This document shows positions 1 through 8,625 of a DNA stretch of 42,493 bases, in pieces (the stretch's first letter is position 1; each line of letters starts with the position of its first letter). The translations under genes were made by a program, and so were the position numbers. The notes below the pieces were generated by a model. It searched no databases and was not told the DNA's origin. It worked only from the letters and a program-made list of their open reading frames with translations. The stretch is taken from sequence record SRR9188677_155, one strand, 5' to 3'.

Positions 1-139
1 GGCTCTCTTTATACTCGTTTAGCGTTGTCTCCCTGCCATTAAAAGTAAGTTTCTCGTGAACGAAATCTGAAAGCCGTTCTAAACGCCCGCTATTGAGGCA
101 ATCGATGTAATTCCGGTAAAGTTCTTCAGTTGCTTTCAT
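1..139 (-). CDS. SnoaL-like ester cyclase (NTF2 fold), partial, runs off the window edge
   Basis: Not in the ORF track. Hand translation from ATG at 139 gives MKATEELYRNYIDCLNSGRLERLSDFVHEKLTFNGRETTLNEYKES, open to position 1. It matches the ester-cyclase N-terminal pattern YRxYIxCLN...FVHxxxxxNG. Confidence 0.75.
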   Translation of the reverse strand, partial: MKATEELYRNYIDCLNSGRLERLSDFVHEKLTFNGRETTLNEYKES

Positions 140-260
140 GCGATCGCTAATGAGGTATGGGATTTTTCAGTTTAATTAATGTTGGAATATTATTTTTCAA
201 AACCGAGCAACGACATTATCTAAAGACCCGCGAAAAACTTCCTGTTAAACAGATAAGCAA

Positions 261-461
261 CTATCTGATAATCCAATCATGAACTTTTATAACCGCATCC
301 GCGAATACCTGCGGATCTTCCTGCGGCACATTGTGACCGGTGTCAATAACCAAGTGCTCCTGCAGTCCCGCAAATAAACTGGCTGTTATTTTTGTTAGTA
401 GGATTAGAATGATAATAGCAGTAGGAGTAAAATTCGGGTATCCGCTGTAATTGTAAGACAT
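261..461 (-). pseudogene. C-terminal remnant of an alpha/beta hydrolase
   Basis: The tail HLVIDTGHNVPQEDPQVFADAV matches the GH-x-x-x-x-E-x-P catalytic-His segment of alpha/beta hydrolases. There is no room for the rest of the gene before the upstream terminator. Confidence 0.65.
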
Positions 462-542
462 AACTTATTGATTTATACATGGTTTTGGACACAGAAGATG
501 GTTTTGAACACAGACATAGTCCCTTCCAGACCGCCCAAAAAC

Positions 543-578
543 AAAAAAAGCCTTCAAGTCGAAAGATTTGAAGGCTTT
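543..578 (-). terminator. Rho-independent terminator of the SMP-30-like gene
   Basis: Hairpin AAAGCCTTCAAGTC-GAAA-GATTTGAAGGCTTT with a T7 run on the minus strand, 40 nt after the stop at 618. Confidence 0.8.
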
Positions 579-617
579 GTTATTTAGAAAGTCGATACAA
601 GCTACCACTTTCACCAA

Positions 618-1568
618 TCACCTAAACCGCTGGATGCTGAAATCTTTTGCATCACCTATTGTGCCGATTCTGGCGTTGAGGGTGTAAATCTGGTTGTTTA
701 CCGCTACGCTGGTTGTTGCTCCGGTGTATACGCCTTCATCGAATTTGACAATTGTGGCCGTTTGCCAGTCGTCGTCACTGCGCAGTTGAGCTACGCGGGA
801 GCCTCCGGTTACTACATAAAGGTCGCCGTTTAGAAAAGTCAGTCCGTCGCCCGGAAGTGGGCCAATTTTCGTGATCTCTGACACAAGATTTCCGTTTAGC
901 AAGTCAACCTTAAAGAGCTTCCGCTCTCCAGTATTAGCCACGATAAGGTACCCGCCGGGATGATATGCAATACCGTTAAGCCCAAAGTTGGCACTTGAGA
1001 AGTTAACATCATCTCTAACCAGGACGCTGGCTGTACCATCCGGATTAACTTTATAAATAACAGGCGAAAAGGAATCGGTCACGTAAGCTGTTCCGTCGGG
1101 AGCTAGTGTTACGTCGTTTGCAAAATTTCGTTCAGCCGCTGGTATCAGCGCATCCAGGTCGGTCCGGCGCTCCAATTGTCGGGTGGTTAGGTTGAAGACC
1201 AGTAGTTCGGCCGTTTGAAAACTGCTTTCGGGAGTGCTTTTTATCGAAATTCCACGATCGCTGTTGCAGACGAACACCCTGTTGCCTGCGACTTTCATAC
1301 CGATGCCGCTGATCAATTCCGGCGGAGTCAAAAGGTCTTCATATTGGCCGTTGCTTCCTACAGTCCCAATTTTCCCTTGAGGAATGGAAGTAACCAGGAA
1401 TTTCGTCAACTGCGACGAGTATGCAATCCCCTCAGGATACTGGCGATCGGCGATAAAATTGATGCGCTCCGGGAAATTAGCATTTGGACTATCAGGATGG
1501 TCCTCGCAGGCACTCAGCCCAATGGCGCAGATCAAATTCAAGAAATAAAGTAGGCGAAATTGCTTCAT
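618..1568 (-). CDS. SMP-30/gluconolactonase/LRE-family beta-propeller lipoprotein
   Basis: Lipobox LSAC and motifs YPEGIAY, FANDVT...DGTAYVTDS, GLNGIAY, GDGL. ATG at 1568 is preferred over the track's TTG at 1610. Confidence 0.8.
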   Translation of the reverse strand: MKQFRLLYFLNLICAIGLSACEDHPDSPNANFPERINFIADRQYPEGIAYSSQLTKFLVTSIPQGKIGTVGSNGQYEDLLTPPELISGIGMKVAGNRVFVCNSDRGISIKSTPESSFQTAELLVFNLTTRQLERRTDLDALIPAAERNFANDVTLAPDGTAYVTDSFSPVIYKVNPDGTASVLVRDDVNFSSANFGLNGIAYHPGGYLIVANTGERKLFKVDLLNGNLVSEITKIGPLPGDGLTFLNGDLYVVTGGSRVAQLRSDDDWQTATIVKFDEGVYTGATTSVAVNNQIYTLNARIGTIGDAKDFSIQRFR

Positions 1569-1815
1569 AAATAGAGTGTTTAGAGTATGACTAAGTTGGG
1601 CAAAATCCAAGGCGTTTTAGGTGAAATCAGTTAGAATATGCCGTGGATAATTGTTTTCAATTTGTATGCCAGGTGAACTTTGAAATTATTGGCGGCGAAA
1701 CTTTATCTGCAACTTTTTTGAAGACCGTATTAGGATTCAAGACTTTGGTTATACATAATGCTAGTAACGTAGTCAAATTTGCTACTTTTGCATTTGTCTA
1801 CATGCGTTTGTATAT

Positions 1816-2547
1816 ATGAAATTTAGTATCGATCATAAAAGTCCGGTTCCACTTCACATTCAGGCCGAAGATCTATTGCGTAAGATTATTAGTGATCCGG
1901 AGCATTCTACTGGCAAGTTTTTACCCAATGAAGTGGAATTGGCAAAGCAGCTTGCCATATCAAGATCGACGCTTCGCCAGGCTCTCAACAAGCTGGTTTA
2001 TGAAGGATTGCTCATTAGAAAGAAAGGAGTTGGGACTAAGGTTGCAGAGACAGCGATTAGCTCCAAATCTAAAAACTGGTTGAGTTTTACACAAGAAATG
2101 AACGCCAGAGGAATTGTAATAAAAAATTTCGAATTGCATGTAACCTGGGTGACGCCAGACGAAAAGATTGCCAATTTTTTCGAAATAGGTACGTCTAAAA
2201 AGGTGCTAAAACTGGAACGCCTCAGAGGTAAAGTTGAAGGGCCGTTTGTGTATTTCATTTCTTATTTTCACCCCAGAATCGGCCTCACAGGAGATGAGGA
2301 CTTCAAACGGCCGTTGTACGATATTCTCGAAAAAGACTATTTGTCCGTCGCCACGTTGTCAAAAGAAGAAATCGCTGCCATTGCTGCCGATAAATTCATC
2401 GCGTCCAAGCTGGATGTAGAAACCGGAAGTCCAATACTTTTTAGAAAGCGTTTTGTGTATGATCAGGGAGAAAGGCCTATTGAATATAACCTGGGATATT
2501 ACCGAGCGGACAGCTTTTTATACACAGTGGAAAGCAGAAGAGAATAA
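1816..2547 (+). CDS. GntR-family (HutC/UTRA) transcriptional regulator
   Basis: Winged HTH LPNEVELAKQLAISRSTLRQAL...KGVGT, followed by a UTRA-type C-terminal domain; 243 aa. Confidence 0.92.
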   Translation: MKFSIDHKSPVPLHIQAEDLLRKIISDPEHSTGKFLPNEVELAKQLAISRSTLRQALNKLVYEGLLIRKKGVGTKVAETAISSKSKNWLSFTQEMNARGIVIKNFELHVTWVTPDEKIANFFEIGTSKKVLKLERLRGKVEGPFVYFISYFHPRIGLTGDEDFKRPLYDILEKDYLSVATLSKEEIAAIAADKFIASKLDVETGSPILFRKRFVYDQGERPIEYNLGYYRADSFLYTVESRRE

Positions 2548-2643
2548 TGCATTTGTTACTAATATCGTCTAAGTAATCTGAGCCTTATTTTTTAATCAGG
2601 CCAAGTCAGGAGCTCATTGGGATTTCTCATTTATAATCTCGAC

Positions 2644-2684
2644 AAATGCTTCGGTTTATTCATAACCGGTGCATTTTACTTTCT
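2644..2684 (+). terminator. Possible terminator after the GntR gene
   Basis: Imperfect stem AAATGCttCGGTT...AACCGgtGCATTT followed by T-rich sequence. Confidence 0.4.
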
Positions 2685-2832
2685 CAAAATAATTTGTTCT
2701 CTCGAACGAAACCGTAGCCTTTTCGTTGCCGAAATCTTCTTTTAATCAAGACGGATGGCTGTTAGTTGAACACGTTCTACTTTCAATAATTATATTTTAT
2801 CATCGATTGTTTTAAACTTTATACCATATCGC

Positions 2833-2863
2833 TTGCAAATGATACTACATGTTCATATGTTTG
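2833..2863 (+). promoter_or_regulatory. Bacteroidota sigma-A-type promoter, candidate for the susC operon
   Basis: TTG (2833-2835), a 20-nt spacer, then TATGTTTG (2856-2863), matching the -33 TTG / -7 TAnnTTTG consensus. Confidence 0.5.
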
Positions 2864-3440
2864 TACATATTACACTTCTCGGTTTTATATCGTTCGCTTC
2901 CTGGTTCAATTCTGCTTTTTTAAGGTTTCAAATTTTAGTTTTTTTTTTATTCGCAAAGTTTGCCATTTGATCGCTAAATCAATTTAAAGATGAAGTATTG
3001 TACTTTTTGCTTTACAGTTTAGAAAGCCATTCGAGTAAGTCTATCATTAGGAATAATGCAATTCCAATCGGTTTAGCCGTGTTGGAAAGCATAACGTTTG
3101 GTCATGTCCGTTACATTTATTTGGGATTAACTCCCGTTTCAATTTCCGCCTCGAAAGGCTACACTTTTTTGCGAATTAATCTACCAAGATTAAACTCATT
3201 GGTAATGTGCCCTTAAATGTTGGAATTCAGTCCATATACTATCAATCTCGTTCATTGGAGAAGGAATGGGATGTGCGTTTTACCGAAATCAGATCACAGA
3301 CACAAATACATTATAGCTGTCAATTATCTGTTGTTCAATTTCTTGTGAAAAAAGATCTGTTTTAAGGACAGATTTAAAGTACCTTAAATATCTGAATATA
3401 ACCTAGATCCAAATTCCAATAACAGTTAAACCTTTTTTTT

Positions 3441-6400
3441 ATGAAACCAAAACTACTTCCTGGTAAATGGTACAAATTGATGTGCGCTTTTTGGGTTACT
3501 ACGTTGGTGAGCCTTCTATCTTTTCCTTTATTGGCAGATAATAAATTTGACTTATCAGGCCACGGATCGGGTGTAGCTGTCTTATTAGAGGACGGGACTT
3601 ATATTGCTCTGGATAAAGTCATTACCGGAACATTGACAGACGAAAATAACATCGGCATACCGGGAGTTAATGTTCTGGAAAAAGGCACCAATAATGGTGT
3701 TGTTACGGATAAAGACGGTAAATACTCTTTAAAAGTGAAAGACCAGAATAGTGTTTTGGTCTTTTCCTACATTGGCTATATAACCAGAGAAACACCCGTT
3801 GGTTCTTTATCTTCAATTGATATTAAAATGGAAGCTGCATCGCAGGAACTTACGGATGTGGTTGTAGTGGGTTACGGAACGCAAAAACGATCTGAACTTA
3901 CCAATGCCGTAGTCCAGACAACTGGTACGGAAATAAAAAAGTCCAACGCCGTATCGCTTTCCAATTCATTGGCTGGTCGACTGGCGGGTGTTTATGTAAC
4001 TCAAAGAAGTGCTGCTCCGGGCTTTGACGATGCTCAGATTCTGGTACGCGGTGCTAAAACTTACCGTAATAGTTCTGCTTTAATCGTAATCGATGGCGTA
4101 GCAAATGCGGATCCGGACGGATTGAACAGGTTGGATCCGAATGATATAGAGTCTATTTCTGTATTGAAAGATGCTTCGGCTGCTATTTATGGTGCACAGT
4201 CGGCGGGTGGAGTTATATTGGTGACCACAAAAAGAGGCAAAACCGGAAAACCGACTTTTGATTTTAGCACAACACAATCGTGGCAATCACCGACAATGAA
4301 AGTAAAGTCTGCCAATGCGCTTCAATATATGAAAGTGCTTAACGACAGAAGGGCGCTCGAAGGTACTCCACCGGACTTCCCAGATGCATTGGTGGAATCT
4401 TTCCGAAACGGAGACAGAAGAGCGGAGGATTGGTGGAAAGCATTGATCGGTCCGCCGGTTAGGCAGTCAAGATATTCGCTTACCATGAGAGGTGGTTCGG
4501 ATAGAGTACGCTATTTCCTTTCGCTGGGTACTGCGTCACAGGGCGGGATTCTTCGCGGGGATAACAAGTCGGAATTGAGACAATACAATGTAAGGAGCAA
4601 TGTGGATGTCACCGTCACGAAAGATCTGGAAATCGGGCTCGACCTTTCAATTCGTGAAAAGGCAACGCAAACTCCCCAGGGCGGTCCGGGTGGAGAAGTT
4701 GGATCACTGGCAAGCACCAGTCCGTTACAGGAAGCCTATATCGGCGGAGATTATCGGTATCCGGGAGAAGGATGGTCGCATTTGAACCCGGCGGCGAGGG
4801 TTCTCAGTCCAGGTTATCGCAGATATAAAGCCGATGTCGCCAATGGTACGCTCAGATTTAAATACAATATTCCTTTCCTACAGGGACTTTCGGTGGATGG
4901 TTTTTTATCCATCATAAAAACGGTAAACTACAACAAGCAATTCAATTATACCTGGGTATATTATGAACGAGATCCCTCAGGAGAGATTGTTAAAAAACAG
5001 TCGCGGTCGGTGGAAGATATAGGGTTGAGGGAAGATTTTAGCCAAAGTTTAAGGAGCACTCAAAACATTAAATTGTCTTATAATAAGACGTTTAACAAGG
5101 ATCATAAAATAACCGCATTTGTTGCTTACGAACAGATGTCGTACGATGACAACAATTTTTGGGCACAACGTCTTGGCTACGATTCGCCATTGATCGACCA
5201 GCTTTTTGCAGGCAGTCCAAACCGCTTGAACTGGAATACCGATGGTACTGCAACGGAATCGGGCAGGCAAAACTTCTTTGGACGGGCTAGTTATGATTTT
5301 AAGGAAAAGTATTTCATCGGATTAAGCGCCAGATACGACGGCTCGCCTATTTTTCCAAAGGAAACGCGCTTCGGATTTTTCCCGCAGGCTTCTGCCGGCT
5401 GGGTTATAAGCAAAGAAGATTTTATGCCCAAAAATGTCTTCAGCAATCTGAAATTAAGAGCATCATGGGGAAGGTTGGGTAATGACCGTGTAAATCCATT
5501 CCAATACATTGCCGCCTACGGTTACGATGCGGGCTGGGTTGTAAATGGTGTCGACGCCCGTGGTATCGCTGTTAAGTCTACCCCAAATCCTAACATCACC
5601 TGGGAAGTGAGTGAGACAACGGATATTGGTTTGGAAGCGGGCCTTCTGGACAACCGTCTAAACTTTGAAGTGGATGTTTTCAAGACAAAAACTTCAAATA
5701 TTTTGGGAAGAAGACAAGCTTCTATTCCAAGCTATACAGGCCTCGTACTTCCTGACGAGAACATTGGTAAAATGGAAAGCCAGGGAATTGAATTTCAGGC
5801 GGGGTTCAGACAGAACATTAAAAATGTGAGTCTGAGGATCAACGGTAACATATCTTATAACGAAAACAAGATCATTTATTTTGACGAAACTCCGCAGGCC
5901 GAACCCTACCAGAAGTTGGAGGGAATGCCGTTTGGTGCCAGATTGGTATACAAATCCATTGGTATTTACAGAACTCAGCAGGATTTGGATAAAAATGTAA
6001 ACTACCCTGGCGCCATGTTGGGCGGGCTGATTTTCGCAGATTTGAATAAAGATGGGAAAATAGATAGTAATGATCAGTACATGTTTAACACCACCAATAA
6101 CACGGATGAGAGAGGTGTTACCAACATTTACCCAAGCACGCAGTTTGGACTGAGCATCGGCTTGGATTACAAAAACTTCGATTTGACGATGTTGTTACAA
6201 GGGCAAAGCGGAGCCAAAATGCGATTGAGCACTGGTTTCAATTCTGGCGCAGGTGGTAATGGATTGGCATATGTGGCCGAGAACAGTTACTCAAAGGAAA
6301 ATACCAACTCTGTCCTTCCTATGATTGCAGCAACGGGCGTTGGAAATTCGGATAGTGACTTTTACTATCACACAGCAACGTGGATGCGTTTGAAAAATGT

Positions 6401-6605
6401 TCAGCTCGGATACACGCTGCCAAAGGCATTGTTGTCAAAAATTAAAATCGCTGCATTGAGATTCTACGTATCAGCCGATAACTCGCTGATTGTGTTTAAC
6501 AGTCTAAAAAAATATGGTAATGGTGATCCTGAATTTTTAAGTGGAAATGGTGGGGTATATCCTAACATGAAAACGTCAAGCATTGGACTCAATCTTACTT
6601 TCTAA
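3441..6605 (+). CDS. susC: SusC/RagA-family TonB-dependent transporter
   Basis: CarboxypepD-like N-domain, VVVVGYGTQK, NPxDIESISVLKDASAAIYG-like plug (LDPNDIESISVLKDASAAIYG...GVILVTTKRG), NPNITWE, C-terminal GLNLTF. Confidence 0.97.
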   Translation: MKPKLLPGKWYKLMCAFWVTTLVSLLSFPLLADNKFDLSGHGSGVAVLLEDGTYIALDKVITGTLTDENNIGIPGVNVLEKGTNNGVVTDKDGKYSLKVKDQNSVLVFSYIGYITRETPVGSLSSIDIKMEAASQELTDVVVVGYGTQKRSELTNAVVQTTGTEIKKSNAVSLSNSLAGRLAGVYVTQRSAAPGFDDAQILVRGAKTYRNSSALIVIDGVANADPDGLNRLDPNDIESISVLKDASAAIYGAQSAGGVILVTTKRGKTGKPTFDFSTTQSWQSPTMKVKSANALQYMKVLNDRRALEGTPPDFPDALVESFRNGDRRAEDWWKALIGPPVRQSRYSLTMRGGSDRVRYFLSLGTASQGGILRGDNKSELRQYNVRSNVDVTVTKDLEIGLDLSIREKATQTPQGGPGGEVGSLASTSPLQEAYIGGDYRYPGEGWSHLNPAARVLSPGYRRYKADVANGTLRFKYNIPFLQGLSVDGFLSIIKTVNYNKQFNYTWVYYERDPSGEIVKKQSRSVEDIGLREDFSQSLRSTQNIKLSYNKTFNKDHKITAFVAYEQMSYDDNNFWAQRLGYDSPLIDQLFAGSPNRLNWNTDGTATESGRQNFFGRASYDFKEKYFIGLSARYDGSPIFPKETRFGFFPQASAGWVISKEDFMPKNVFSNLKLRASWGRLGNDRVNPFQYIAAYGYDAGWVVNGVDARGIAVKSTPNPNITWEVSETTDIGLEAGLLDNRLNFEVDVFKTKTSNILGRRQASIPSYTGLVLPDENIGKMESQGIEFQAGFRQNIKNVSLRINGNISYNENKIIYFDETPQAEPYQKLEGMPFGARLVYKSIGIYRTQQDLDKNVNYPGAMLGGLIFADLNKDGKIDSNDQYMFNTTNNTDERGVTNIYPSTQFGLSIGLDYKNFDLTMLLQGQSGAKMRLSTGFNSGAGGNGLAYVAENSYSKENTNSVLPMIAATGVGNSDSDFYYHTATWMRLKNVQLGYTLPKALLSKIKIAALRFYVSADNSLIVFNSLKKYGNGDPEFLSGNGGVYPNMKTSSIGLNLTF

Positions 6606-6617
6606 ACTCCATAACCT

Positions 6618-8459
6618 ATGAAATATTTATCATATAAAAACAGACTCTTTCAAAGGGCTTTTATACTAATATTTATCTGTGTAATCGCTACTGTTACTTC
6701 CTGTAATACATTGGATAAAAAACCGTTGGATGCTATATCCGATGATGCAGTTTTTAATGACCCTGTATTTCTCCAAAACTATGTTTACAATGTTTATAAT
6801 GGCATAAAACCACCATGGAGCCCGGGGACAGGCGGTTATGATGCTTTGACGGACATTGCAGTAAATCAGCCTGAGACACATGAGCGGTCGGCGGGTATTC
6901 GTAACTATTTGGAAGGTAATCTTTCGGCCGATAACATTGGGGACCTCACTTCACTTTGGAGTGATGAATACAGCTATATCAGAAAGGCAAATGTCTTTTT
7001 TGAAAACATTGAAAGTTCTCTTATAAGTGATGACGTACTTGGACCGATGAAGGGAGAAATGCACTTTTTGAGGGCATGGATGTACTTTGAACTGATGCGT
7101 ACTTTTGGCGGAGTCCCTATTATTGAAAGTAGTTTCAAGCTCGATGCAGAGAGTTTCGACGTGCCAAGAAACACTTTCGATGAATGTGCAAAATTCGTAT
7201 TGAGTGAAGCAGATCTATCGATTGGTTTTTTGGACGGCGTTCCGGTTAATGTTGGGAAAATCAGTAAAGCAGCTGCTTTGGCTTTTAAAGCGAGGGTGTT
7301 GTTATATCTGGCAAGTCCGCTCAATAATCCTTCGAATGATATTTCGAAATGGAAAGCTGCCGAAGAAGCAACCAAAGCGGTGGTGGACGGCGGAGGATTC
7401 ACTTTGCATCCGGCATTCGAAGCGCTGTTCAAAAAACCTTTAAAAACCGACGAAACCATTTTTGGTAAATCGTTTACACCGGCAACCCGCATACCTGGCT
7501 GGGGTTACAACTACGATTATTGGCCAAGTGGTTTTGATGCCCAGCAACGGCTGGTTCCCACCCAGACTTTTGTCAATATGTTCCAGATGGCAAATGGGCA
7601 ATATCCATATGAAGCAGATGGTGTTACTGTAAATGCCGCATCGGGATATGACCCTCAAAAACCTGAGAAAAACAGGGATCCAAGATTTTACAATTCAATC
7701 ATCTATCCGGGTGCAGGCCCGCTCAACATCATCGACGGCGCAAAAAGTACCGTGCGAACATACGAATATTGGGAAGATGCAAATCCCAACCCAAACAACG
7801 ATCCTCCGTTTATAAACCCTAACAAGGTGGATCCTAAAAACGGACAAAATCTGTTTGATTACGGACGGGATTCCAAGACATACTGGGTAAAAGGATTGAC
7901 TCCGTTCCATTGGCGGGTTCAAACGGGTTATACATTTAAAAGGGCGACGGATTTTGATGGTCCGAGAGCGAGTTTTGATAATGACTACAACCAGGTAATC
8001 GTTTTCATGCGACTTACTGAATTTTATTTAAACTATGCCGAAATCCAGATAGCCCTTGGAAACGAGGCGCTTGCACGGGAATATATCAATAAGGTAAGAA
8101 GAAGGCCGTCTGTAAATATGCCTGATATAAAAAGTACTGGCGCCAATCTGGTTAGGGAATATAGAAACGAAAGAGCTATTGAATTGCATCTGGAAGATTC
8201 GCGGTTCTTTGACCTGATGCGTTGGAAAGCCGCTCCCGGAAATGTTGATATTCCTATCAGAGGGCTTACGAAAGTTACGATGGACTGGACAGGTGCCAAA
8301 GCCGGAGACGCTACCGGCAAGCTAACCTACACATACGGTGTAATTCCGGAGGCGGAAGTCCGGAAGCCTTGGAAGGGAGATCATTACTACTTATTTCCAA
8401 TTCCAAACACTGAGGTCAGAAGAAGTAACGGTGCGATAAAACAGAATCCCGGATACTAA
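6618..8459 (+). CDS. susD: SusD/RagB-family surface lipoprotein
   Basis: Lipobox TSC, GEMHFLRAWMYFEL...FGGVP, RNERAIEL..E..RFFDLMRW, C-terminal QNPGY; lies directly after susC. Confidence 0.96.
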   Translation: MKYLSYKNRLFQRAFILIFICVIATVTSCNTLDKKPLDAISDDAVFNDPVFLQNYVYNVYNGIKPPWSPGTGGYDALTDIAVNQPETHERSAGIRNYLEGNLSADNIGDLTSLWSDEYSYIRKANVFFENIESSLISDDVLGPMKGEMHFLRAWMYFELMRTFGGVPIIESSFKLDAESFDVPRNTFDECAKFVLSEADLSIGFLDGVPVNVGKISKAAALAFKARVLLYLASPLNNPSNDISKWKAAEEATKAVVDGGGFTLHPAFEALFKKPLKTDETIFGKSFTPATRIPGWGYNYDYWPSGFDAQQRLVPTQTFVNMFQMANGQYPYEADGVTVNAASGYDPQKPEKNRDPRFYNSIIYPGAGPLNIIDGAKSTVRTYEYWEDANPNPNNDPPFINPNKVDPKNGQNLFDYGRDSKTYWVKGLTPFHWRVQTGYTFKRATDFDGPRASFDNDYNQVIVFMRLTEFYLNYAEIQIALGNEALAREYINKVRRRPSVNMPDIKSTGANLVREYRNERAIELHLEDSRFFDLMRWKAAPGNVDIPIRGLTKVTMDWTGAKAGDATGKLTYTYGVIPEAEVRKPWKGDHYYLFPIPNTEVRRSNGAIKQNPGY

Positions 8460-8493
8460 CATCAAAATTTTGACAAGTTAATTCGAACATTTC

Positions 8494-8550
8494 AGGGCCT
8501 GTTTAAAATCTATTGGCGGCAACTCGTTGATAATTTTTAACAGGCTCTTA
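8494..8550. repeat. Short inverted-repeat element resembling a miniature IS5-family end pair; may act as an intergenic hairpin
   Basis: AGGGCCTGTTTAAAAT (8494-8509) and ATTTTTAACAGGCTCT (8533-8548) are 16-bp inverted repeats with 2 mismatches, followed by TA. Confidence 0.5.
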
Positions 8551-8625
8551 GATAAAATGCTGCTGTATTATTGTTAGTTAGCGCCGTTAAGATAATAATT
8601 CAGCAACAAACGAAACGGTTAAAAA

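Noticed and set aside
73-92. GCCGTTCTAAACGCCCGC resembling the REP family
   Set aside because: It lies inside the SnoaL-like coding frame; probably a chance resemblance.
2998-3216. 72-aa ORF upstream of susC
   Set aside because: TTG start, no motifs and unconvincing composition; likely non-coding leader, though a small peptide cannot be excluded.
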